From IMG/VR virus record IMGVR_UViG_3300030104_003374: a stretch of 64,000 nt of DNA, one strand, 5' to 3'. Positions 8,178 to 18,338 of this stretch are shown here, piece after piece. The notes under the pieces are model-generated. The model saw nothing but the letters and a program-made list of their open reading frames with translations, was not told the origin of the DNA and made no database searches. Every line of letters starts with the position of its first letter. Positions within the stretch are counted from its first letter, which is position 1. Source of the DNA: an uncultured virus (IMG/VR IMGVR_UViG_3300030104_003374) (Duplodnaviria > Heunggongvirae > Uroviricota > Caudoviricetes). Both the position numbers and the translations under genes were made by a program.

Positions 8178-9052
8178 TGTTAATCAAACAAGGAAGTAAA
8201 GGATCTCTTGTAGAAGATATACAAGAGTATCTAGGTATTAGTGCTGATGGGATCTTTGGACCCAAAACAAAAGAAGCAGTAATAAAGTTTCAAAAAGAAA
8301 ATAATCTTTGGGGAGACGGTATAGTAGGACCTAAGACTATGAATGCAATGGGTATACTAGATACTGATCAAAAAGAAAGAAAGATTATAGAAGGTAACTT
8401 AGTTATAAATAAACATTATTTATCTCCTGATGAATATTTTGGAGGAGATAGAAGTAAACAGTGGATATTCTTACATCATACTGCAGGATGGAATAATCCT
8501 TATAATACAGTAGATCACTGGAACAATGATAGAAGAGGTAGAGTAGCTACAGAATTTGTTATTGGTGGACAGAATATTAAGAACAATGATTCTAAATATG
8601 ATGGAGAAATAGTTCAGTGTATGCCTGAAGGAGGATACGGATGGCACTTAGGTACTGGTAACTCAGTAATGCATAGACATTCTGTGGGTATAGAAGTTTG
8701 TAACTTTGGATATATACGTAATGGAAGAACATATGCGGGTACTATACCGCATGAGAATCAGGTAGTTACACTAAAAGATAAGTTTAGAGGTTTTAAAGAG
8801 TGGCATAAATACTCTGATGAGCAACTAAGATCTTTAAGAAACTTAATTCTATACATAGCTAATAGAGATAGTATAGATCCTAGAAAGGGCTTAGTAGATT
8901 TAATAAAAGAAAAAGGCGCAGAAGCTTTTGATATATGTAGTGTATCTATGTGTACAGAAACTAAAGGATTATGGAATCATACAAATTGTAGAAAAGGTAA
9001 GTTTGATATGGCTCCTCAACAAGAATTAATTGATATGTTATTAAGTCTATAG
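8174..9052 (+). CDS. endolysin: peptidoglycan-binding domain plus Zn N-acetylmuramoyl-L-alanine amidase
   Basis: QGSKG..V..IQ..LGISADGIFGPKT and DGIVGPKT; amidase_2 motifs LHHTAG, SVGIEVCN, H..RKGKFD. Confidence 0.88.
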   Translation: MMLIKQGSKGSLVEDIQEYLGISADGIFGPKTKEAVIKFQKENNLWGDGIVGPKTMNAMGILDTDQKERKIIEGNLVINKHYLSPDEYFGGDRSKQWIFLHHTAGWNNPYNTVDHWNNDRRGRVATEFVIGGQNIKNNDSKYDGEIVQCMPEGGYGWHLGTGNSVMHRHSVGIEVCNFGYIRNGRTYAGTIPHENQVVTLKDKFRGFKEWHKYSDEQLRSLRNLILYIANRDSIDPRKGLVDLIKEKGAEAFDICSVSMCTETKGLWNHTNCRKGKFDMAPQQELIDMLLSL

Positions 9053-9054
9053 TT

Positions 9055-9213
9055 ATGAAGATAAGAAATGGTTGGAATGCAAGAAATAAACAATGGGATA
9101 AAGTTATTATAAAACTTAGAATCTCATCTCTAGATATATTTGCAATTGAAATAGATCTTTCCCGTGAGTTTTATTTAATCACATTATTAAACTTTACGCT
9201 AAAAAATAGATAG
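9055..9213 (+). CDS. small hypothetical protein (52 aa, not in ORF track)
   Basis: MKIRNGWNARNKQWDKVIIKLRISSLDIFAIEIDLSREFYLITLLNFTLKNR, fills gap between endolysin and terminator. Confidence 0.6.
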   Translation: MKIRNGWNARNKQWDKVIIKLRISSLDIFAIEIDLSREFYLITLLNFTLKNR

Positions 9214-9231
9214 TGTAATTATGTGTGTTAT

Positions 9232-9262
9232 AAAGTCTCTTCAGCAATGGGGAGACTTTTTT
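9232..9262 (+). terminator. intrinsic terminator ending lysis cassette
   Basis: AAAGTCTCTTCA-GCAA-TGGGGAGACTTT, GNRA loop, T run. Confidence 0.8.
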
Positions 9263-9273
9263 ATGTTTAAATA

Positions 9274-9305
9274 TTTGATGTTTAAACTTTAAATGTATAT
9301 ATTTG
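9274..9305 (+). promoter_or_regulatory. Bacteroidota sigma70-type promoter
   Basis: TTTG (9274-9277)-N20-TATATTTG (9298-9305), matching the -33/-7 consensus. Confidence 0.65.
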
Positions 9306-9326
9306 TTTAAATTCAAATTATATATT

Positions 9327-9605
9327 ATGATGACAGCAGAACCAACAGAACAAGAAATGGAGCAAATGTCTCCAGAAGATCTAGCAAAAAAGAAAAAAGA
9401 AATGCTAGAGTTTTATACTGAATCATTACCTTATTTAGAAGCTCAACATAAGTATGAAGAAATTCTTATGAGAATAGATGAAGTTAGATTTAAAAGATCT
9501 CAAATTCAAATGCAATTTGCAATGATGATGAATCCACCTGAAGAAACAGAAGAAGAATCTCAAACAAAACCTCAGCCTAAAAAAAGAACACTTAAGAAAA
9601 AGTAA
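9327..9605 (+). CDS. hypothetical helical protein
   Basis: ATG 9327/9330 preferred over TTG 9303 (which lies inside the promoter). Confidence 0.65.
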   Translation: MMTAEPTEQEMEQMSPEDLAKKKKEMLEFYTESLPYLEAQHKYEEILMRIDEVRFKRSQIQMQFAMMMNPPEETEEESQTKPQPKKRTLKKK

Positions 9606-9964
9606 TGGCTGTTGTAAATCAGGTACAAAAACGTGTAGTGATGTCTAAAAAAGATATCATTAAATATCAGATATTAACTCACTGTTATATAAATAAAATA
9701 ATGGTGAGTAATTCTGAACTAGAATGTTTGACATTATTAAGTGAATCAGGACCTATTGAACTTACTGATTTTTGTTATGATGCAGCTGAGGAATATAAAA
9801 TATTTAAATCACAACAAACAGTAAGGAACTGTATTAATAAATGTGCAAAGAATAGATTAGTAAAAAAAGATAGAAAAAATAAAAAGATTATTAGCTTAAA
9901 TAAAAAGTTAAAAATACAAACAGATGGAAGTATTTTATTAGATTATAAGTTTTTAGCAAAATGA
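9605..9964 (+). CDS. putative winged-HTH DNA-binding protein
   Basis: SNSELECLTLL..KSQQTVRNCINK..LVKK..basic wing pattern. Confidence 0.5.
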   Translation: MAVVNQVQKRVVMSKKDIIKYQILTHCYINKIMVSNSELECLTLLSESGPIELTDFCYDAAEEYKIFKSQQTVRNCINKCAKNRLVKKDRKNKKIISLNKKLKIQTDGSILLDYKFLAK

Positions 9965-10347
9965 TTCCTAAAAAGTATAAAGATATTTATAAAGATTTAT
10001 CTGAAGATTTAGACTTAAAAGAAAAATATATAGCTGACTGTGTTGAATTTTATTATATAAACTTAAGGTCTTGTTTAACAGATTTAGAATATTTAAATAT
10101 TAATTGCCCAGGTTTAGGTCATTTTTATATTAAAAATAATACAGTAAAAAAAGATATAGTTAGATTTAAAAAGATAATAGAAAATCATAAAACATATACT
10201 TTAAGAAGTTATCAATATCATAAACAAATAAAAGGACTTATAGTAAAACTTGAAGAAATAAAGAAAAAGAAAGAACAAGAGGATTTAAATAAAAAAAGTT
10301 TTAATAAAAAAAGAAATGTTAAATCTAAAAGAAATATGGAAAAATAG
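9961..10347 (+). CDS. HU/IHF-like DNA-binding protein
   Basis: helical N-terminus then INCPGLGHFYIK (I.GFG.F-like motif); basic. Confidence 0.6.
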   Translation: MIPKKYKDIYKDLSEDLDLKEKYIADCVEFYYINLRSCLTDLEYLNINCPGLGHFYIKNNTVKKDIVRFKKIIENHKTYTLRSYQYHKQIKGLIVKLEEIKKKKEQEDLNKKSFNKKRNVKSKRNMEK

Positions 10348-10606
10348 AAAAAAGATTTTAGAAGGAATTAAAAACTCTGTAATAAGAGATGAGTTTGTAG
10401 AAACTATTGCAAAAGAAAGATGGGCTATTTGTAAACCTTGTAAATCTAATGGAGATAACTGCGCTGTTCCAGGGACAGGACCTTGTTGTGGAGAATGTGG
10501 CTGCTCTTTAGGTTTTAAAATGAGATCTTTATCTAGTGACTGCCCTTTAGATAAATGGAAAGCAATAATGACACAAGAAGAAGAAGATAAACTAAATGAA
10601 TTATGA
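10316..10606 (+). CDS. Cys-rich zinc-binding protein
   Basis: R..ICKPC, CCGECGC, CPLDKW. Confidence 0.65.
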   Translation: MLNLKEIWKNRKKILEGIKNSVIRDEFVETIAKERWAICKPCKSNGDNCAVPGTGPCCGECGCSLGFKMRSLSSDCPLDKWKAIMTQEEEDKLNEL

Positions 10607-11436
10607 GTATAATATTTAATGCTGAAGATCATAGTTATAAAAGCATAGATGCTGAAGAAAAGATTAATTGGATTAGTGTAACTACTCTTATATCTAAATT
10701 TAAAAATCCTTTTAATGCAGAAAAAGTAGCTATTAAAGTTTCTAAAAAAAAGAATTCAAAGTGGTTTGGTCTTAAACCTAAAAAGATTCAAGAAATATGG
10801 AACAATGAATCTATACGTGCAATGACTTTAGGAACTTTTTACCATGATCAAAGAGAAAAAGACATTTGCAGTTTGAGCTCTATAGAAAGAGAAGGTTTTA
10901 CTATTCCTGTATTTGCTCCTAAAGGAGAAGAAGAAGGAATTAAAATTGCACCAAGTCAAAAATTAGATCCGGGAATATATCCTGAACATATGGTATATTT
11001 AAAATCTGCAGGTGTTTGTGGACAAGCAGACTTAGTAGAAGTAGTTGATGGAAAAGTAAATATCATAGATTACAAAACAAATAAAGAAATAAAAACAAAA
11101 TCATTTAAAAATTGGGAAGGTAAATCAGAAAGAATGGTTGCACCATTATCTCATTTAGATGATTGTAATTTTAATCATTATGCCTTACAACTCAGTATTT
11201 ATATGTATATTATAATAAAGCATAACCCTAAACTTAAACCAGGAAAAATACATATACATCACGTTAAATTTGAAGAAGAGGGTAAAGATGACTATGGCTA
11301 TCCTATAACTAAATATACTCTAGAAGGAGATCCTGTTATAAAAGAAATAATACAAATGCCTATTGATTATTTAAAAGATGAAGTAATAAGTATAGTTCAT
11401 TGGTTATATGATAATAGATCAAAAATTAAAAAATGA
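10603..11436 (+). CDS. PD-(D/E)XK exonuclease-family nuclease
   Basis: SVTTLI, GT..H, E..V, GQADL, IIDYKT, QLSIY motifs. Confidence 0.85.
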   Translation: MSIIFNAEDHSYKSIDAEEKINWISVTTLISKFKNPFNAEKVAIKVSKKKNSKWFGLKPKKIQEIWNNESIRAMTLGTFYHDQREKDICSLSSIEREGFTIPVFAPKGEEEGIKIAPSQKLDPGIYPEHMVYLKSAGVCGQADLVEVVDGKVNIIDYKTNKEIKTKSFKNWEGKSERMVAPLSHLDDCNFNHYALQLSIYMYIIIKHNPKLKPGKIHIHHVKFEEEGKDDYGYPITKYTLEGDPVIKEIIQMPIDYLKDEVISIVHWLYDNRSKIKK

Positions 11437-11948
11437 TTGTAAGACTATTTGATGTAGAAAATAATACTGTAGTACCTACAGAACATTGTTATACACTAAA
11501 GACATTAAAAAAAATAATGGATGATTATCCTGATGATTATTTAAAGATATATCAGTATATCTTTTATATGACATACCCTAATCCAGAAGAGAATCCATTT
11601 TTTCATACTCCAGAAAGAGATAAAGAAGAACTAATACTTCAAGAAATAGAAGCAGAGTTTTCTACAGAAGATGGTGCTGTTAGACATGCTTTAGCTTTTT
11701 GTGAAGAAATGTATACTACACCTACATCAAGAGCTTATAAAGGAATTAAATCCATGCTAGATAAGTTAGCAAGATATATGGAAACCGTTCCTATTGAGCA
11801 CGGTAGAGATGGTAATATAAATTCACTAGTTAATGCAGCTGCAAAATTTGAATCAATAAGATCATCTTTTAAAGGAGCATACAAAGATTTACAAGAAGAA
11901 CAGCAAAGTCAAGTCCGTGGTGGACAAGGTCTTGCATATGACAGTTAA
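11433..11948 (+). CDS. helical protein upstream of terminase, candidate small terminase-like
   Basis: 171 aa, helical C-half ending VRGGQGLAYD; position only. Confidence 0.4.
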   Translation: MIVRLFDVENNTVVPTEHCYTLKTLKKIMDDYPDDYLKIYQYIFYMTYPNPEENPFFHTPERDKEELILQEIEAEFSTEDGAVRHALAFCEEMYTTPTSRAYKGIKSMLDKLARYMETVPIEHGRDGNINSLVNAAAKFESIRSSFKGAYKDLQEEQQSQVRGGQGLAYDS

Positions 11949-11951
11949 GAT

Positions 11952-12593
11952 ATGGCACACATAGAACACAATTTTTTTCCAATGAAAGTATTCTTAAGAA
12001 ATGAATACTTATACCAAGACAAGAAAGGTCATGGTGAATTTACTGAAGGCGTAATTATATCTGTTAGGTGTATGCCTGGACAGGTAGCATTATTTCAAGT
12101 ACTTCTTGATAATGGAGTTCTTAGAGATAAACTTCCCTCACATGCACTGTTGACTGAACCTAAAACACCTACTCCTGATTTACCTTTTGATTATTTACAG
12201 ATATGGAATTGTTTTTCTTATAATTTTACTTTAGTTCAACTATCTTATCTATATGACACTCCTGTATCAGTTTATATGAAAGATAAAAAGTGGTATGATG
12301 GTGTATACTATGCTACAATTAACTGGGGTAGCAATGATTCTAATTGTGATTTAACATTATCTGAAGATCCAATGGAACATAAAAGTCATCATATTATATT
12401 ACTTGATAATGGACAAATTGCATTACAGCCAAATAATAGAATTAGATGGACTGAACCTAGTTTTGTAACAAAACCTTTTCCGGCAAAACCTGATTATCTA
12501 GTATGTAAAGATTATTATAATGCTGAAGGATATGAGAAGTGGCACACTGAAGATTCAGATAGAATGTTTTATGATAATACAGATGTAGAATGA
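11952..12593 (+). CDS. hypothetical phage protein
   Basis: 213 aa with REYLY-like, LQIWNCFSY, EHKSHH, QPNNRIRW motifs. Confidence 0.65.
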   Translation: MAHIEHNFFPMKVFLRNEYLYQDKKGHGEFTEGVIISVRCMPGQVALFQVLLDNGVLRDKLPSHALLTEPKTPTPDLPFDYLQIWNCFSYNFTLVQLSYLYDTPVSVYMKDKKWYDGVYYATINWGSNDSNCDLTLSEDPMEHKSHHIILLDNGQIALQPNNRIRWTEPSFVTKPFPAKPDYLVCKDYYNAEGYEKWHTEDSDRMFYDNTDVE

Positions 12594-13027
12594 AACAAGA
12601 GTTTGATCCAGAATTGTTTAATTTGCTATGCAAAAAGTATAAGGATACTTTAAAAGCTAGAGAGAAACATGATCAAATAAAAAATAGTATAATGAATAAA
12701 CAAATAAAACTAAGAGGTGTATTACTTTGTATTGGAGTTACAGTAGTTCTTACTTTATTGTTTACAATTTTATTAATAAAAAAGGAACCTGTAAAAGTAG
12801 AAAAGAATACTGTATCCTTAAAAGAGTATAAGCTTTTAGAAGAAGAGGTTGAAATAATTAGAAAAGATGCGGGAGATATACAATATGATTTATACCTTAC
12901 AGAAAAAGAAAACAGAAGACTTCTTGAAGAAAATAAAGTACTTGGATCATTACTTGGAGAAATAGAAAATACAGAGTGTGGTTCTAAATTATTAAAGAAG
13001 TTTTGGGACCAACAAGGATATGAGTGA
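12590..13027 (+). CDS. membrane-anchored coiled-coil protein
   Basis: TM GVLLCIGVTVVLTLLFTILLI then heptads; alternative start at MNKQ. Confidence 0.55.
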   Translation: MKQEFDPELFNLLCKKYKDTLKAREKHDQIKNSIMNKQIKLRGVLLCIGVTVVLTLLFTILLIKKEPVKVEKNTVSLKEYKLLEEEVEIIRKDAGDIQYDLYLTEKENRRLLEENKVLGSLLGEIENTECGSKLLKKFWDQQGYE

Positions 13028-15221
13028 AATATATGAAGATATACCTACATGGGAAGATGGAGAAATAACTTTAACTTCTTTTAAATCTAGAGATGAATTT
13101 GGAGAATATCTCATCAGTTTATTTAAATTACCAGGTCAATATAACTTTGATAAAACATCAGAAGAATTTATTAAAGAGGGTGTAAAGTTTACTCAAGAGA
13201 ATGTATACTGTAATTCACCTTTTAGATCAAAAGACTTTATTAGATATTGGGATGGTGAAAAGGCTAAATGTAGAAAAGGTCTAATTGTAAAATCTGGAGA
13301 TAGTAGTTGGTACATTACAAGAGACTATTATATGTTTCTTAATTTCCTTCCTATATTTGATAAAGAAACACAAAAGTTTGGATTTCCTAAATTAAGAGAT
13401 GCGCAGTATCATATGGCTTTATATGAAATGCTAGCAGAGATATATTATAGACATTGTGCAATATTAAAGAAAAGACAGTTTGGATCTTCTTACTTTCATA
13501 TGGCTAAACTTATAAATCAGCTTTGGTTTGAAGAAGGTATTACTTTAAAAATAGGAGCTGCTTTAAAAGATTATATAAATGAAAAAGGATCTTGGAAGTT
13601 TTTAAATGAGTATGCGGGATTTTTAAATGAACATACAGCTTGGTATAGACCTATGAATCCTGAAAAGGTTATGATGTGGCAGCAAAAGATTGAAGTAAGA
13701 AAAGGAGGTAGAAAAACTCAAGTAGGCTTAAAAGGTACTATACAAGGAATGTCTTTTGAAAAAGATGCTACAACCGGAGTAGGGGGACCAGTTAAGTTCT
13801 TCTTTCATGAAGAGGCAGGAATTGCTCCTAAGATGAACACTACATATGAATATCTAAGACCTGCAATGAGAGCAGGACTAGTTACAACTGGTGTGTTTAT
13901 AGCAGCAGGTTCAGTAGGAGACTTAGATCAATGTGAACCATTAAAGGATATGATACTTAATCCTGAAATGAATGATATTTATTCTGTACAAACTAATCTT
14001 ATAGATAAAAAGAATACAGAAGGAAGATCCGGATTATTTATTCCCGAGCAATGGTCTATGCCACCATTTATAGATGAGTATGGTAACTCTCAAGTTGAAG
14101 AGGCGTTAGAAGCTTTAAATGACCAATTTGAAAAATGGAAAAAAGAACTTAGTCCTGAACAATATCAGTTAAGAATATCTCAGCATCCTAGAAATATAGA
14201 AGAAGCTTTTGCTTACAGAAAAGAATCATTGTTTCCTCCTAATTTAGTAGCAGCTCAGTTAAAAAGAATAGAAGAAAAAGAATATGCTTATGAACTATTA
14301 GATTTAACCCGTGATGAAAAGTTTAAAATAAAAGCTAAAGAAACTAATAAACAACCAATAAAAGAATTTCCTATATCTAAAAGATCAGAGAATAAAGAAG
14401 GAGCGCTGGTAGTATGGGAAAGACCAGTAAAGGATCCTAAGTTTGGAACTTACTATGCTTCTATTGACCCTGTCTCAGCTGGTAAGACTACAACATCAGA
14501 GTCTCTCTGTTCTATTTATGTTATGAAAGCTCCTGTAGAAGTAACTAAATTAAATGATGCGGAACATGAAAGTTATATAGAACCAGATAAAATTGTAGCA
14601 GCATGGTGTGGTAGATTTAATGATTTAAAAAAGACGCATCAAAAACTTGAGATGATAATAGAATGGTACAATGCCTGGACAGTAATAGAGAATAATATAT
14701 CTTTATTTATTCAGTATATGATATCACAAAGAAAGCAAAAGTATTTAGTCCCAAAGAATCAAATTTTATTTTTAAAAGAGTTAGGTTCTAATACTAATGT
14801 ATACCAAGAATATGGATGGAGAAATACAGGTAATCTGTTTAAAGGACATTTGCTTAATTATTCTATTGAATACTTAAGAGAAGAGTTAGATGTTGAAACT
14901 AAAACAGATGGCACAATAGTAAAAACTAAATATGGAGTAGAAAGAATTCCAGACCCAATGCTTTTAAGAGAAATGAGAGAATATCAACCAGGAGTCAATG
15001 TTGACCGTTTAATAGCATTCACAGCTCTTATAGCTTTTATGACAATACAAAGTTCTAATAGGGGTTATAATAAAAGAACTATCACAGATGACGTTAATAA
15101 AAACTTGCAAAAGTCAGATAATTTGTTTAAATTAAAACATAGTCCTTTTCGTAATATGGGGAGAGGAAGAATGATTAATGGCAAGGTTTTTAAGAAGTCA
15201 GCTTTTAAAAATTTAAAATAA
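13020..15221 (+). CDS. terL: terminase large subunit
   Basis: Walker A-like KKRQFGSS, Walker B FFFHEEAG, nuclease SIDPVS / IENN / NVDR; precedes portal. Confidence 0.92.
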   Translation: MSEIYEDIPTWEDGEITLTSFKSRDEFGEYLISLFKLPGQYNFDKTSEEFIKEGVKFTQENVYCNSPFRSKDFIRYWDGEKAKCRKGLIVKSGDSSWYITRDYYMFLNFLPIFDKETQKFGFPKLRDAQYHMALYEMLAEIYYRHCAILKKRQFGSSYFHMAKLINQLWFEEGITLKIGAALKDYINEKGSWKFLNEYAGFLNEHTAWYRPMNPEKVMMWQQKIEVRKGGRKTQVGLKGTIQGMSFEKDATTGVGGPVKFFFHEEAGIAPKMNTTYEYLRPAMRAGLVTTGVFIAAGSVGDLDQCEPLKDMILNPEMNDIYSVQTNLIDKKNTEGRSGLFIPEQWSMPPFIDEYGNSQVEEALEALNDQFEKWKKELSPEQYQLRISQHPRNIEEAFAYRKESLFPPNLVAAQLKRIEEKEYAYELLDLTRDEKFKIKAKETNKQPIKEFPISKRSENKEGALVVWERPVKDPKFGTYYASIDPVSAGKTTTSESLCSIYVMKAPVEVTKLNDAEHESYIEPDKIVAAWCGRFNDLKKTHQKLEMIIEWYNAWTVIENNISLFIQYMISQRKQKYLVPKNQILFLKELGSNTNVYQEYGWRNTGNLFKGHLLNYSIEYLREELDVETKTDGTIVKTKYGVERIPDPMLLREMREYQPGVNVDRLIAFTALIAFMTIQSSNRGYNKRTITDDVNKNLQKSDNLFKLKHSPFRNMGRGRMINGKVFKKSAFKNLK

Positions 15222-15225
15222 TAAT

Positions 15226-17967
15226 ATGCAGGTCCTCAACGCAATGCAGCTCAAAAATGGAGCTAAAGCAGAACATAATAGAATAGGAAATATAACACAA
15301 CCTCTTCAGTTTTTATCATCTAAAGATAAAGATGGAGAATGGGCCGCATGGAACATTGACTGGTTAGAGTGGAATGGACTAAAACAAATCAAAAGAAATG
15401 CAAGAAGATTTTCTAAAAATTATAAACTTGCAAAAGGTATTATAGATAAAACAGATTATATTGTTGAAGAAGACAATGAGTATGCTGATATTATAGATAT
15501 GCTTACTAAAGAAGATACTACAGCATTAGAGTTAAAGTTTTATCCTATTATTCCCAATGTAGTAAATGTACTTGTTGCAGAATTTGCAAAGAGAGCAACT
15601 AAACTTACTTATAGAGCTGTAGATGATGTTTCATATAATGAAATGCTAGAACAAAAAAGACAAGCTGTTGAAGAAGTTCTAATGAAAGATGCACAAGTTA
15701 AAATTGGAACAGCTTTATTAGAGCAAGGATTAGATCCTAATGCTCCAGAAGCTCAAGAACAACTTGCTCCAGATGCTCTTAAAAAATTACCAGAAATTGA
15801 AACATTCTTTAAAAAAGATTATAGGTCTATGGTAGAACAGTGGGCTTCTCATCAACATGAAGTAGATGTTGAAAGATTTAAGTTAGATGAACTTGAAGAA
15901 AGAGGTTTCCGTGACATGTTAATTACAGATAGAGAATTTTGGCATATGAAGATGATGGAGGATGACTATGAGGTAGAGCTATGGAATCCTGTTGTTACAT
16001 TTTATCATAAATCTCCTGATGTTAGATATATATCTCAAGGTAACTGGGTAGGTAAAATTGATATGATGACCGGTGCTGATGTAATTGATAAGTATGGTTA
16101 TCTTATGTCAGAAAAACAATTAGAAACACTAGAAGCTGTTTATCCTATGAAAGCAGTAGGATATAATATGGGAGGTTATCAGAATGATGGAACTTTTTAT
16201 GACGCAACTAAATCTTATGAATCTAACGTAAATATGCCATCTTTAGCTTGGAGATCTTTAGCATCTTCTGAAGCAATGTATGGAGATGATGTTATTGATA
16301 AGTTACTTTTGCAAGGACAAGAATATTATGTAGATGGAACAAATGATTTATTAAGAGTTAGCACTGTTTATTGGAAGTCACAAAGAAAAGTGGGTCATCT
16401 TACTAAAGTAAAAGAAAATGGTGAAGTTATAAATGAAATTATTACTGAAGCATATAAAGTTATAGATAAACCTCAGTATGATACTAGACTGTTTAAAAAT
16501 AAAACTAAAGATAATCTTATATACGGTGAGCATATAGATTGGATATGGATCAATGAGGTATGGGGTGGTATTAAAATTGGCCCAAACATTCCTAGTTATT
16601 GGGGTATGAATAATCCTGAAGGAATAAATCCTCTTTATATAGGAATAGATAAAAAAGAAATAGGTCCTCTTAAGTTTCAGTTTAAAGGCGATTCTTCATT
16701 GTATGGTTGTAAACTTCCTGTAGAAGGTGCTGTATTTTCAGATAGAAATACAAAATCTACTGCATTAATAGATTTAATGAAACCTTACCAAATAGGATAT
16801 AATATTGTAAATAATCAAATAGCTGATATACTTGTTGATGAATTAGGTACTATAATAATGTTAGATCAAAATACTCTACCTAGACATTCATTAGGAGAAG
16901 ATTGGGGTAAAGGTAATTTAGCTAAAGCTTATGTGGCTATGAAAGATTTTGGAATGTTACCTTTAGATACTTCTATTACAAATACAGAAAATGCATTAAA
17001 TTTTCAGCATTTCCAAAAACTTGATTTAGATCAGACTAATAGGCTTATGTCTAGAATTCAATTAGGTAATCACTTTAAACAACAAGCTTATGATGTTGTA
17101 GGAGTTAATCCTCAAAGAATGGGACAACAGATAGCTCAGTCTACAGCAACAGGAGTAGAGCAAGCTGTAAGTGCATCATATGCTCAAACAGAAGTATTCT
17201 TTATGCAACACTGTGATTATCTTATGCCAAGAGTTCATCAAATGAGAACTGACTTAGCTCAGTATTATCAATCTACTAAACCATCTTCAAGATTAACTTA
17301 TATTACTACAGCTGCTGAAAAAGTCAATTTTGAAATTAATGGTACTGATTTATTAATGAGAGATTTAAATATCTTCTCAACTACTACTGCTAATCATAGA
17401 GCTGTTTTAGAACAACTTAAACAAATGGCTATGACTAATAATACTACAGGAGCTAGTATTTATGATCTTGGTAAAATTGTTCAATCTGATTCTATTGCTG
17501 AACTAAATAGTGTACTTAAATCTACAGAGCAAAAACAAGAAGAGCAAAAACAAGCTGAGATGCAACAACAGCAACAAATGCAACAACAGCAGATTCAAGC
17601 TAAATCTGAAGAAGAAAAACTTAAGAGAGAGTATGAAGAAGGTAGAGATGAGAAAGATAGACAAAAAGATATTCTTATTGCAGAAATTAAAGCAGCTGGT
17701 TATGGATCAATGTCTGATATAAATCAGAATCAAATGAGTGACTATAGAGATGCCATGTCTGATATTAAAAAAACAGAACAATATAGAACTCAAACTCAAA
17801 TAGCAAGAGAAAAAGAAAACACTAAACAAGTTCAGAATAATGAAAAGAATTCTATAGAAAGAGAAAAGCTACAAGTTCAAAGAGATGTAGCAGAGACTCA
17901 GTTGCAAATTGCTAGAGAGAATAAGAATAAATACGATAAAGGCAAATCCGGAAAAGAAAAAGAGTAA
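15226..17967 (+). CDS. portal protein
   Basis: 913 aa after TerL; FYPIIPNVVNVLVAE, GVNPQRMGQ, ATGVEQAV, Gln-rich C-terminal coiled coil. Confidence 0.88.
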   Translation: MQVLNAMQLKNGAKAEHNRIGNITQPLQFLSSKDKDGEWAAWNIDWLEWNGLKQIKRNARRFSKNYKLAKGIIDKTDYIVEEDNEYADIIDMLTKEDTTALELKFYPIIPNVVNVLVAEFAKRATKLTYRAVDDVSYNEMLEQKRQAVEEVLMKDAQVKIGTALLEQGLDPNAPEAQEQLAPDALKKLPEIETFFKKDYRSMVEQWASHQHEVDVERFKLDELEERGFRDMLITDREFWHMKMMEDDYEVELWNPVVTFYHKSPDVRYISQGNWVGKIDMMTGADVIDKYGYLMSEKQLETLEAVYPMKAVGYNMGGYQNDGTFYDATKSYESNVNMPSLAWRSLASSEAMYGDDVIDKLLLQGQEYYVDGTNDLLRVSTVYWKSQRKVGHLTKVKENGEVINEIITEAYKVIDKPQYDTRLFKNKTKDNLIYGEHIDWIWINEVWGGIKIGPNIPSYWGMNNPEGINPLYIGIDKKEIGPLKFQFKGDSSLYGCKLPVEGAVFSDRNTKSTALIDLMKPYQIGYNIVNNQIADILVDELGTIIMLDQNTLPRHSLGEDWGKGNLAKAYVAMKDFGMLPLDTSITNTENALNFQHFQKLDLDQTNRLMSRIQLGNHFKQQAYDVVGVNPQRMGQQIAQSTATGVEQAVSASYAQTEVFFMQHCDYLMPRVHQMRTDLAQYYQSTKPSSRLTYITTAAEKVNFEINGTDLLMRDLNIFSTTTANHRAVLEQLKQMAMTNNTTGASIYDLGKIVQSDSIAELNSVLKSTEQKQEEQKQAEMQQQQQMQQQQIQAKSEEEKLKREYEEGRDEKDRQKDILIAEIKAAGYGSMSDINQNQMSDYRDAMSDIKKTEQYRTQTQIAREKENTKQVQNNEKNSIEREKLQVQRDVAETQLQIARENKNKYDKGKSGKEKE

Positions 17968-18239
17968 TGGAATTCTTTGATATACTTACACAATACGGAG
18001 TACTTGGTGTTTGGGTAGTATATGCTATTACAAGAGAAAGATGGTTACTCAGAAAGATTGAGGAGATATCAGCCAGATCAACTAAAGAACGTGAGATATG
18101 GCATAAAGAACGTGAACAGTTCATGAATCAGTGTCATATTGAAAGAGAAAATTTTATAAAAGAGATAGCTTTAGTTAGATCAGAAGAAAGAAATTTTTAT
18201 ATAAAAGAGCTTGAAAAGATAACTAAAAAGAAAAGTTAG
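17967..18239 (+). CDS. BhlA/UviB-like single-TM protein (second holin candidate)
   Basis: LTQYGVLGVWVVYAI TM followed by KERE repeats. Confidence 0.45.
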   Translation: MEFFDILTQYGVLGVWVVYAITRERWLLRKIEEISARSTKEREIWHKEREQFMNQCHIERENFIKEIALVRSEERNFYIKELEKITKKKS

Positions 18240-18298
18240 CCATATAGTGTCATTTTTTATTATAATTTTTTAAATTTCTTAAGTTTATTTTAAAGTTA

Positions 18299-18310
18299 AT
18301 TTGTATATTA
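18299..18310 (+). promoter_or_regulatory. putative phage late promoter motif (ATTTGTATATTA)
   Basis: 11/12 match, upstream of scaffold-MCP operon. Confidence 0.6.
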
Positions 18311-18338
18311 ATAGTAACAGTAATTTAAAACCAACAAA

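Noticed and set aside
10603..11436. Cas4 / CRISPR adaptation gene
   Set aside because: Lacks the four-Cys Fe-S cluster pattern and any array; ordinary phage PD-(D/E)XK nuclease
17545..17600. CAA/CAG repeat as a contingency locus
   Set aside because: Mixed codons encoding the Gln-rich portal coiled coil, not a pure microsatellite
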